The notes under the pieces are model-generated. The model saw nothing but the letters and a program-made list of their open reading frames with translations. It ran no database searches and was not told where the DNA came from. A stretch of 64,000 bases of DNA, from positions 672,001 to 736,000 of the forward strand of contig CAWJET010000001.1 in NCBI GenBank assembly GCA_963842085.1. The letters are read 5' to 3'. Below, piece after piece: positions 30,494-38,832 of this stretch; position 1 is the stretch's first letter, and each line of letters begins with the position of its first letter. The DNA is from an uncultured delta proteobacterium. GTDB taxonomy: Bacteria; Desulfobacterota; Binatia; Binatales; Binataceae. A program made the position numbers and the translations under genes.

Positions 30494-30811
30494 TTAACGC
30501 GCCGTCTTCAGATACTCCAATATTGCATCCTCATCGTGCGGCGGCAGGTTCTCCATCGTGCGCATATGCATGATGATTTGATCCCACTGGTACGGAGCGA
30601 ACTCGGCGGGATTTCGAGCGTTGTGACAGTGGTTGCAATAGATTGGCCACAACGCCTGGCCCTCGTGGAACAGCTCAAGATGCCGCTTTTGCTGTTCCGG
30701 AGTGGGCCCCGTCGGGCCTGCAGCCTGCGCGCCCACCGCAGCAGCCAGCAGCACGAGCGACATCATTCCGGCCTTGGCAATCAGTGATTTCATCGTCGTC
30801 GGCCTCTTCAA
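30494..30811 (-). CDS. Small exported monoheme cytochrome c
   Basis: Signal peptide; CNHCH; W...HMR distal ligand region. Confidence 0.85.
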   Translation of the reverse strand: MKRPTTMKSLIAKAGMMSLVLLAAAVGAQAAGPTGPTPEQQKRHLELFHEGQALWPIYCNHCHNARNPAEFAPYQWDQIIMHMRTMENLPPHDEDAILEYLKTAR

Positions 30812-30814
30812 GGT

Positions 30815-32407
30815 TCAGAAACCAATTGATAGCTGCGTCATCACCGCGACATCGTTCGCCGTTGCGTTGATGCCGGTCGCGGTCGGGGTGGAGGCCGATC
30901 CTACGAAGTTGTAGAGCGTCCCGCCCCTTTCCGGAAGCTCCCAGTCAACCTCGGACTGCCAGACAATCGATGGCGCTATCCAGTAGTCGAGCGCCAGGGC
31001 GACCTCGCGCGCGTGCGGGCTATAGACGGAGGGCGATCCGTTGAAAGTGAAAATCGGTACGGGGCTGATGTCGTTCGCCAGAATGGCACGTTGATTCACG
31101 CCCGAGTAGCGCACCAGGAATTCAGTCTTGTCGAACCTCTGCTCCAGAAAGTCTCCAAGGTAGGGATGCGGAATGCCATAGAGGAAGTAACCGAACATCG
31201 CATACCAGCCCTCCCGGTTCTCATGCCCGCAGCAACCGGGATACATAGCCGCTCCCGTAAGCGAGGGCATTTGACGGTAGGTCTGCGCCCACTCGCCTCG
31301 GGTGCGGAACGGTCCGACGCGATAGGCGTAGCCCACGTCCCAGGCGTTGTACCAGAGCCCGTCGAGCCACTTGCCATTGTAGGTTGACGCCATCAGTTCA
31401 AGCCGTCCCCAATCCGCGCTGATGGGTATCGGGAACAGCCTGAAGCGCGCACCGAAACCCTTGCCATTCGTCGCAATGTTAGTACCGGTGAGCGGATTGA
31501 GTGCCTCACCGATTACCGGGTTGGGAATCGCATCCACGCCGGGCGACGATTCGAAACTCGGCCCGGAATCAATCCATACAGTGTAGTCAACGTCCTGCCC
31601 CATCTTTCCCCACTGGATACCGCCGCGCGCCTGCAGTCCCATAGCCGAGGGGGGAGCGATCGATTCAGCACCGAACATCAGCGGCGCCGTTATGAAAGGA
31701 TTGATCCAGCTGGGGCTCTGGTCCTCGAACCAGTCTCCTAAGGGCGTGTCGAACACCCCGACGAGCAGTTCCAGAGGAAACTCCTGTCCAGCCGGAAAGA
31801 TCTGAAGATTGGCGAGGCTTGGACCCACGTCGGAAATTCCACCCGGTTGGAGGGTAGCGCCGATGCTGCCGTAGAACTGGATCCAGTCATTAAGCCTGAG
31901 CATCGGGTTAACTTCGAAGTCAAGCACCGGTTGATTCATCGCGGCTTCGCGGTCGAAGTAGAAGCCGGCAGAGACGCCACCAACCATCGTGAAGGTATGT
32001 TGGCCGAGAAAGGCGTTTATGCGGTCGCCAAAACCGAGCGGCCCGAGCTGGGAATAGATGGTCTTCTGAATCTGGCCGACCTGCTTCTCAGTTTGAGCGT
32101 TAGTAGTCTGGAAACTAGTCTGCAGAGCGGTCTGGTTTTGCTGGAGATGCTGATTCGACTCCTGGAGTTCCCTGACTGCATCCTCGAGTTTCTCGATATG
32201 TTTGCGTTCGGCGTCAATTTCCTCGAGCAGACGCCGGTACTCAGTCGCTTTTTTCGATCTCGCGCTCGGCGGATCATCCGCCGTGCTTGGCTTCGAGATA
32301 GACGATTCATCCGCGCGCACGCTTCGTGGCGGCAACAGCATCAGCATCACCGCGATCGAAGCCAGTGTCCCCACGATCACCAGATGACTCACGCGCCTCA
32401 TACTCAT
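30815..32407 (-). CDS. Putative outer-membrane porin with N-terminal coiled coil
   Basis: Signal peptide, coiled coil, then aromatic/Gly-rich amphipathic strands, terminal Phe (LSIGF); no CxxCH. Confidence 0.75.
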   Translation of the reverse strand: MSMRRVSHLVIVGTLASIAVMLMLLPPRSVRADESSISKPSTADDPPSARSKKATEYRRLLEEIDAERKHIEKLEDAVRELQESNQHLQQNQTALQTSFQTTNAQTEKQVGQIQKTIYSQLGPLGFGDRINAFLGQHTFTMVGGVSAGFYFDREAAMNQPVLDFEVNPMLRLNDWIQFYGSIGATLQPGGISDVGPSLANLQIFPAGQEFPLELLVGVFDTPLGDWFEDQSPSWINPFITAPLMFGAESIAPPSAMGLQARGGIQWGKMGQDVDYTVWIDSGPSFESSPGVDAIPNPVIGEALNPLTGTNIATNGKGFGARFRLFPIPISADWGRLELMASTYNGKWLDGLWYNAWDVGYAYRVGPFRTRGEWAQTYRQMPSLTGAAMYPGCCGHENREGWYAMFGYFLYGIPHPYLGDFLEQRFDKTEFLVRYSGVNQRAILANDISPVPIFTFNGSPSVYSPHAREVALALDYWIAPSIVWQSEVDWELPERGGTLYNFVGSASTPTATGINATANDVAVMTQLSIGF

Positions 32408-32496
32408 CCTCCCCAGGCTTGCGCCTGAAAAATATGCCAGCAGCGACGAATCGCGTTACCGCCACCGATCCCCATCGGCAGCAGTCGCGGTCCTAG

Positions 32497-32615
32497 CAGG
32501 TTGCGGAAAAACTCAATGAAAGACGATTTCGGCGAAGAGTAAGCATTACTACGATCACGAGAATGCGTCTTGGATCAATGTCATCAGGAGTCAAAAACCC
32601 TTTTTCCGCAACCTG
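32497..32615. mobile_element. MITE (119 bp), IS5/IS1182-like ends
   Basis: Perfect 15-bp terminal inverted repeats CAGGTTGCGGAAAAA / TTTTTCCGCAACCTG, flanked on both sides by CTAG. Confidence 0.85.
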
Positions 32616-32623
32616 CTAGTGCC

Positions 32624-33013
32624 TCATTGCGCTACATCGATTTCGCCCTTCATTCCTTCCTTCACGTGCGTCGTGCAGAAGTACTTGTAAGTCCCGGGAA
32701 CCTTGAACGTGTAGCTGAAGTCTTCGCCCCCGTTCAGGTAACCGGAGTCCCACGTCTCCGCCCCCGCCGGCACCGATGCCCAGCTTGCGTCCGGCGCCTG
32801 GGACGGATCGCTGGTCGCGGTGTGGATGGTTTCGCCCTTGTTCACCCACTTTATAGTATCGCCGACTTTGACCTTCACCGGGTCGGGAACGAATTTCGCC
32901 GGCGTGTCGAACATCTTTACCTCCACGGTTTCCGCGAATGCCGGCATCGCGAGACCCAGCGACAACACACATGCGACCAGCAATCCCCTGCCAAGTAGCT
33001 GCATCTTTTTCAT
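32624..33013 (-). CDS. Plastocyanin/azurin-family blue copper protein
   Basis: Signal peptide; HTAT and YFCTTHVKEGMKG T1Cu ligands. Confidence 0.92.
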   Translation of the reverse strand: MKKMQLLGRGLLVACVLSLGLAMPAFAETVEVKMFDTPAKFVPDPVKVKVGDTIKWVNKGETIHTATSDPSQAPDASWASVPAGAETWDSGYLNGGEDFSYTFKVPGTYKYFCTTHVKEGMKGEIDVAQ

Positions 33014-33348
33014 ATTTTCCTCCAGCGCATCCAGGTTCCATTTGTGTTACCGCTGTTTGTGACAACTAAAGGCTCACCAGGACTCTCGATCGAGCCCGCT
33101 GTTTCCAAATACAGGCTCGTATCCGTTAGTTCTGATTTCTCGGAATAGGCGTGGAACGCGTATAGCGTTATTGCCCCGATAATTCCCCAAGCGAGGGCTA
33201 TCATGAAAAAAGCGCTCACCAGATAAGCGTGCAGGACGCCCGGTCCCGATGACCCAAAGCATAGCGGGCATGCATAGGCCGCAGGAGTGCAGACGAGCAC
33301 CGCCGAGATCGCAAGGGCGGCTGACTTAACTGAAGTAGACCAGCGCAT
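33010..33348 (-). CDS. Small membrane protein with CxxC after the signal peptide
   Basis: AYA-CPLC-FG followed by one TM helix; overlaps both neighbours in the operon. Confidence 0.6.
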   Translation of the reverse strand: MRWSTSVKSAALAISAVLVCTPAAYACPLCFGSSGPGVLHAYLVSAFFMIALAWGIIGAITLYAFHAYSEKSELTDTSLYLETAGSIESPGEPLVVTNSGNTNGTWMRWRKI

Positions 33349-33961
33349 AAATTACAGGCCAGAGAATCACCACGAATGACCAATACACCGAACACGCAAC
33401 CACACCGCGGAAGTCCACGTCGTATCGTCCTCGCCAGACCCGCTTCGCCACGAACGCGAGCACTGCCACCGCCACCACAAGATGTAGCGCGTGGGCGCCA
33501 ACGATCAGATAGAACATTCCGCCGTATACACTCGATGTCATCGTCAGCCCGAACCGAATTAGATGCGCCCATTCGCTGCCCTGAATGGCAAGGAACAGGG
33601 TGCCAAGCGCGAATGTTGCTCCCATCCACCGCATCGCGCCTGCCTTGTTGTGCTGGCGCAGGGCGCGCACCACGTTCCACATCGTCAGCCCGCTCAGGAC
33701 GAGAAGGCTGGTGTTGAATCCGGTCACGGCGAGCGGAAGGCGCGGTTGGTTCGCCGGCGGCCAAAATGGCGCTGACGCGCGCGAGACGAGAAATGCGCTG
33801 ATCAGACCCGCGAAGAGCATTACCTCGGAGCCTACGAATATCAGCACACCGAGCGTCGGATCGACGCCCTTTGGCGACCCCGCAGGACCCGACCTGCCGC
33901 CGCCGAACGCGGTGCCGCGTTTTAGAGTAGAAACCGTTCGAAGCGGAGTTGCCGCAGCCAA
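33326..33961 (-). CDS. coxC: Cytochrome c oxidase subunit III family protein (second)
   Basis: SEVMLFAGLISAF, NTSLLVLS, GAHALH, YWSFV. Confidence 0.88.
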   Translation of the reverse strand: MAAATPLRTVSTLKRGTAFGGGRSGPAGSPKGVDPTLGVLIFVGSEVMLFAGLISAFLVSRASAPFWPPANQPRLPLAVTGFNTSLLVLSGLTMWNVVRALRQHNKAGAMRWMGATFALGTLFLAIQGSEWAHLIRFGLTMTSSVYGGMFYLIVGAHALHLVVAVAVLAFVAKRVWRGRYDVDFRGVVACSVYWSFVVILWPVIYALVYFS

Positions 33962-33977
33962 GCGCTGACTCCTTATC

Positions 33978-34268
33978 CTACGGATGCATCGCGACGTCCG
34001 GAATGAACACCAAGGCCATCACAATCACCAGCGCCACCGGAAGCAGCGCCAGGGTATAAATCAGTACGTCTTCCGAGCGCAGGCGCATATAGTATCGTCC
34101 AATGACGTAGACCTGCGCTGCCGCCGCGGCAAATATGACCCACAGCGCCAGGCTTCGTGGCAGGCCCCGTGCCACGGTCAGGGCGCCCACCAGCAAAAGA
34201 ACAACCAGCAGTATCCAGGTTCTCAAAGAGTCCGAAGCATTGAATTCGGCTTGTTCCATCGGCGACAC
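33978..34268 (-). CDS. Cytochrome c oxidase subunit IV family protein
   Basis: Three TM helices, YYMRLRSE motif; lies between the two subunit III genes. Confidence 0.75.
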   Translation of the reverse strand: MSPMEQAEFNASDSLRTWILLVVLLLVGALTVARGLPRSLALWVIFAAAAAQVYVIGRYYMRLRSEDVLIYTLALLPVALVIVMALVFIPDVAMHP

Positions 34269-34883
34269 CTATCCGGCGGTGGGCGCCAAATACACCAGGG
34301 CAAAAAGCAGCACCCACACCGTCTCGACGAAATACCAATACAGGCACACGTATTTGAGCTTGCGCTCCAACCAACCGGCCGGAGTGCTGGGGCTCACCAT
34401 CAACATCAGTCCGAAGATCACCACGACTCCGGCCAGCAGATGAAGTACATGCAGCCCGGTCATCACATAGTAGAAGCTCCAGAAGAGCGCAGCGAGCGGA
34501 GTAAACCCTTCGCGAAAATCGCCGGCGTATTCGAAGGCCTTGATCACCAGGAAGAGCGTGCCCAGCAGCACAGTGGCGCTCAGGTAACGCTTCACTCGCG
34601 CCGAATCCTGGACGCGCGCGGCGCCTTGCGCGAGCGCGGCGGTCAGGCTGCTCGCAAACAGAACGAAGGTGTTGATCGCCCCCAGCCGCCAGTTGACGTG
34701 CGCGCCGGCGGCTCCCCATCCGCCATGGGAGACCCCCATCAGAATAAAGACACCCATGAGCCCGCCGAAGAGCATTGTTTCGCCGGCGAAGAACACCCAC
34801 ATTCCGAGCTTGCCGATCTCAAAACTGGTCGGTACCTCGTGCGCCGCATGTGCGATCCCGATTTCGGCTGCTGAGTTTGCCAT
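34269..34883 (-). CDS. coxC: Cytochrome c oxidase subunit III family protein
   Basis: KLGMWVFFAGETMLFGG, NTFVLFASS, TGLHVLH, LYWYFVE. Confidence 0.9.
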   Translation of the reverse strand: MANSAAEIGIAHAAHEVPTSFEIGKLGMWVFFAGETMLFGGLMGVFILMGVSHGGWGAAGAHVNWRLGAINTFVLFASSLTAALAQGAARVQDSARVKRYLSATVLLGTLFLVIKAFEYAGDFREGFTPLAALFWSFYYVMTGLHVLHLLAGVVVIFGLMLMVSPSTPAGWLERKLKYVCLYWYFVETVWVLLFALVYLAPTAG

Positions 34884-34893
34884 AAGTTTGCGC

Positions 34894-36600
34894 TCACCCC
34901 TGCGCGGCGCCTGCCTCCACCGCTGCGGCTTGCGGAACCCAATCCTGTTTCATCCCGGGCACACTGTACTCGTATGGCCCGCACACGACTGTCGGTATGG
35001 TGTGGAAGTTCTCATGCGGCGGCGGCGAATCGGTGGCCCATTCAAGCGTGGTGGCATTCCAAGGATTCGCAGGAGCCTTCGCGCCACGGAACATGCTCAT
35101 GAAAAAGTTCAGCAGGAACGGGACCTGCCCAGCTATTATGATGAGCAGCCCGATCGTTGCGATCACGTGGAGCGGCTGAAGCGGCTTGTAGTAGTGGTAA
35201 ACGGACGACAAATAGATTCGGCGCTGTCCGCCGCCCAACCCGATCAAGAACAGCGGAATAAATACCGTGTTGAAACCGATCCAGGTGAAAGCGAAGTGGA
35301 TCCTTCCCAGGGTCTCATTCATCATCCGGCCGAACATCTTCGGGAACCAGAAGTAGATCCCGCCAAATCCCGCGATAACGGCGGTCGGCACGAGCGTGTT
35401 GTGGAAATGCGCGATTACAAAATAGGTGTCGTGCAGGTAGATATCCGACGCATCCGTCCCCAGCGGAATGCCGGTTACCCCGCCCAGCAGGAAATTAGCC
35501 AGGGCGCCCAGCGCAAACAGCATCGCCGTGGTGTACGTGATCTGGCCGCGCCATAGCGTCGCGATCATCGCAAACAGCATCACCGCGAACGGAATGGAAA
35601 TCGCGATCGTGGTCGCGCTGAAAGGCTCTGCCAGCGTCGGGTTCATCCCGCTCACGAACATGTGGTGAGCCCACACCGTGAAGCTCAGGATTCCGGCTGC
35701 AATCACCGACCACACAATCATGCGATAGCCAAAAATCGGCTTGCGGCTGAATACCGGGAGGATCTCCATCACGATGCCGAGCCCCGGTACCGCCACGACA
35801 TACACCTCGGGATGGCCGAAGAACCAGAACAGGTGCTGCCATAGCAGCGGGTCGGCTCCTTTTTCCGGCAGGAAGAAGCCCGTGCCCACCATCCGATCGA
35901 GCAACAACATCACCACGCCGGCGATGAGCGGGCCCACACTCAGCATGAACATCACGCTCGCTACCAGTTCTGCCCACACCAGCAGCGGCATTCGCCAGAT
36001 CGTCATCCCGGGAGCGCGCATCGCGATCGCGGTGGTGAGGAAGTTGATGCCGCCCATCAGGACCGAAGCGAAATCGATCGCCACGGCGAGCAGCCAAAGG
36101 TTTCCGCCCCAGTAATTTCCGGGCAGGAACTTTGCCCCGTCCGACAGCGGAACGTAGTTCGTCCAGCCCGCGCGCGACGCGCCGCCCGGGACGAAAAACG
36201 AAAGCAGCAAGAGGACCGAAGCGACGAAAATAGTCCAGTACGAGGCCATGTTGAGCCGCGGGAACGCCATGTCGCGCGCCCCGACCATCAGCGGGATCAG
36301 GAAATTGCCGAACGCGCCAAGCAGCACCGGCATCGCCACGAAGAAGACCATTGTGGTTCCGTGCATCGTGACGACTTCGTAATACTGCAGTGCACTTACT
36401 TTTCCCCAGAGCGGAACCGAGGTGCGGGGCCAGGCAAGCTGCCAGCGGAAGACGTACGACAAGAACACGCCCACAAACCCCATGAACAAGCCCAGAAACA
36501 GGTACTGCTTGCCGATCACCTTGTGATCGACAGAAAATACGTACTGCCACCAAAAGCTCATCTTCTCGTGAGCCTCGACGGACTGCGCCATCTCGCTCAT
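34894..36600 (-). CDS. coxA: Heme-copper oxidase subunit I, A-family (GHPEVY) with altered K-channel
   Basis: DHKVIG, MHG, DMAFPRLN, GHPEVY, WAHHMF, HDTYFVIAHFH, RR; all six His ligands present. Confidence 0.96.
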   Translation of the reverse strand: MSEMAQSVEAHEKMSFWWQYVFSVDHKVIGKQYLFLGLFMGFVGVFLSYVFRWQLAWPRTSVPLWGKVSALQYYEVVTMHGTTMVFFVAMPVLLGAFGNFLIPLMVGARDMAFPRLNMASYWTIFVASVLLLLSFFVPGGASRAGWTNYVPLSDGAKFLPGNYWGGNLWLLAVAIDFASVLMGGINFLTTAIAMRAPGMTIWRMPLLVWAELVASVMFMLSVGPLIAGVVMLLLDRMVGTGFFLPEKGADPLLWQHLFWFFGHPEVYVVAVPGLGIVMEILPVFSRKPIFGYRMIVWSVIAAGILSFTVWAHHMFVSGMNPTLAEPFSATTIAISIPFAVMLFAMIATLWRGQITYTTAMLFALGALANFLLGGVTGIPLGTDASDIYLHDTYFVIAHFHNTLVPTAVIAGFGGIYFWFPKMFGRMMNETLGRIHFAFTWIGFNTVFIPLFLIGLGGGQRRIYLSSVYHYYKPLQPLHVIATIGLLIIIAGQVPFLLNFFMSMFRGAKAPANPWNATTLEWATDSPPPHENFHTIPTVVCGPYEYSVPGMKQDWVPQAAAVEAGAAQG

Positions 36601-36603
36601 CGC

Positions 36604-37341
36604 CTATCCCTCCTTCCCGTTTGCCGGCGATCGCGCACCTGATGCGCTCTTGCCCGTGCCGGCGGCGGCGGACTTGGACCAATGCTGGTTAACCCATTGC
36701 TGATAGTCCTCGGGCGTCAGAACTTTCAGGATACCTTTCATCGCGAAGTGCGAGATCCCGCAAAGCTGGGAGCATCCGATTTCATATGTGCCGGGCTGCG
36801 TCGCCTCGAACCATGCGGGAATCTCCCGGCCCGGAAGGACGTCCTGTCTAAGACGCAACTGCGGTACGTAAAAACTGTGGATCACGTCCTTCGACGTCAT
36901 CAGCAAGCGGACCACCTGGCCCGTGGGAACGGTCAAAGTCGTTGTTTGGACCAGGTCGTCGTGCGTGCCGAACTGGCCGTCAGGACCCGGATACGTGAAC
37001 TCCCATCCGAACTGGAACGCATCCAACTTTACCGTCAGCCCCGGAGCCGGACTTTGCTCCTTAACCAGTTCCCAGACCGGCTTTGCCCGAACGTCGATCG
37101 CCACATCAAGGAAGATGACGACAATGACGGGGATCAGCACCCATGCGAGCTGGCGCAGCGAATCGCCACGCACAAAGAATGCGTGCTGGCCCTCGCGGCG
37201 ACGGTAGAAGATGACGAACGCCAAGAGCGTACCCTCGGCCAGGATGAGCGCCGTACCGACTATGGAGATGACGAGCCTGATCACCGAGTCAATGTTTGGC
37301 CCGAACGTCGAAATGTCTTGTGGAAGCCAGCCGAAGATCAT
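36604..37341 (-). CDS. coxB: Cytochrome c oxidase subunit II
   Basis: Two TM helices; DVIHSF and CSQLCGISHFAM CuA motif. Confidence 0.94.
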   Translation of the reverse strand: MIFGWLPQDISTFGPNIDSVIRLVISIVGTALILAEGTLLAFVIFYRRREGQHAFFVRGDSLRQLAWVLIPVIVVIFLDVAIDVRAKPVWELVKEQSPAPGLTVKLDAFQFGWEFTYPGPDGQFGTHDDLVQTTTLTVPTGQVVRLLMTSKDVIHSFYVPQLRLRQDVLPGREIPAWFEATQPGTYEIGCSQLCGISHFAMKGILKVLTPEDYQQWVNQHWSKSAAAGTGKSASGARSPANGKEG

Positions 37342-37346
37342 GATGT

Positions 37347-38129
37347 TTACTCAGCCTGCGGCAAGCCTTGTCGTTTCGCAGGGGCGACTCCAAGGCCTGA
37401 GCACTCTCCCAGCTTCTCGCCGCGAACGGTGTTGCTGGAGGGGATTCCGGTGGCCGGCGGATTGTCGTCGTGACAGTCCAGGTTGCCGCCGATGTAATTT
37501 TGCGAGATGAGCCCCGACGCGACGGGATAGCCCGGCACGGTTATCGATCCCGCATTATTGTGGAACTCCAGCTTCCCGCCCATCTGGACTGCCCGGTTGC
37601 AAGCACTTGGATCCCCAATTACCCAAGGTGAATCGGACGAGCTCCCTTGGATTTGAACATCTCCGCCGATCCAGACATAGCAGAGGAAATTCGTCTTAAG
37701 ATCGCCGGTAGGGGGCGAAGTCGGCGGGAAACTCGTGGTATGAGACGCGGTCACGTTCCCGCCAACCGTGCTGTCCCCATACAGCCCGAGATATTTGGCG
37801 TGATCGGCCGTCAGGTTTCCCCGGATGTGCACGGTGCCGGCGATGAGGCCGCCCTCGACGGTGACGTTCCCCGTTACCGTGGTTCCTGCGAGCGTGCAGG
37901 CTGCTCCCGCGGGAACGTCTACGTTGCCATCGACTGTGACCGCACCCATTGTGACCTTACCAAACGAGCCGGTGCATGAGGTCACGGGTGCGGCGTTGGC
38001 GGCCGTAGCCGACAAGCCAACGACCACTGCTAGGCCAACCGTGCTGACCAGGTAACCCATCAGCTTGAGCATCGAGTCGATGCTCGGACCGAGCGTTGAA
38101 ACGTCTTGTGAATGCCTGGCTAGGATCAT
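37347..38129 (-). CDS. Exported Gly/Thr/Val-rich hypothetical protein (beta-helix-like) with coxB-derived N-terminus
   Basis: GGAGG RBS; DVSTLGPSIDS leader; repeated (V/I)xGN(V/L) units; several Cys; 5-bp gap to coxB. Confidence 0.65.
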   Translation of the reverse strand: MILARHSQDVSTLGPSIDSMLKLMGYLVSTVGLAVVVGLSATAANAAPVTSCTGSFGKVTMGAVTVDGNVDVPAGAACTLAGTTVTGNVTVEGGLIAGTVHIRGNLTADHAKYLGLYGDSTVGGNVTASHTTSFPPTSPPTGDLKTNFLCYVWIGGDVQIQGSSSDSPWVIGDPSACNRAVQMGGKLEFHNNAGSITVPGYPVASGLISQNYIGGNLDCHDDNPPATGIPSSNTVRGEKLGECSGLGVAPAKRQGLPQAE

Positions 38130-38832
38130 CGTCCTCCCCCGAACTGGATCCTGTGCGCGATCTGAACCGTGCGCTTTTGCCAAGAAGCAAACGCAGTGAT
38201 TGTTCAGATCGCCGGTGTCGCCTTCGTCGCTGAAGGCGCACCATACTTTTCGTTGCCTGCTCCTCCCCAAACCGAGCCACAAGGCAGACTGTCTACATTC
38301 GTGGCCAGTCTGCCAGGCAGGTCCTCGGTATATTGATCGATACTCGGCCCGCAGGTCGAAACGTCAGGCAACAGCCACCCGACCTTACAGATCCTCCCAT
38401 GCGGTAAATTTTGTTCGAACGGTTCTTTGCGGGACTGACGGGCAACTTCGAACATGCTCAACTCGTTCGCTGGTTTATGCAACTTCGTGTTTACGCATCT
38501 CGATAAAGCGCTTATACGCGCTTCCAAATAAAAAAGTCAAGCTGGATCAGACTAGAGCCAACACACTTTTTGCAGGCAGCTCCATTTCCCTCGGCATCGA
38601 GGAATCAGCACGGTAGATAAATTCTAGAATCACCCAAGACAAGAATGGCTGCTTGCTCTATCGCTGATGCCGCGAGCCCCGCGCGACAAGCCCGCTTCTC
38701 CAGCCCCCCGACGCCCCAGAAAATCCGCGGCTATGCCGGCTATCTCTAGTTTTGTTCCGCAGAGGCCGCGATAAATGATAAATGGACGACTGTGTGGCAA
38801 GGCTAAGCCGTTCGGCATCTGGCCCGAGACGC

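Noticed and set aside
30815-32407. Cyc2-type fused cytochrome-porin
   Set aside because: No CxxCH in the protein; the heme is in a separate downstream gene
34894-36600. Canonical nitric oxide reductase (cNOR/qNOR)
   Set aside because: Retains the HPEVY tyrosine and A-family D-channel, and has CuA subunit II and subunit III partners
38400-38630. FNR box or sigma54 promoter for the oxidase operon
   Set aside because: AT-rich, but no correctly spaced consensus found by eye
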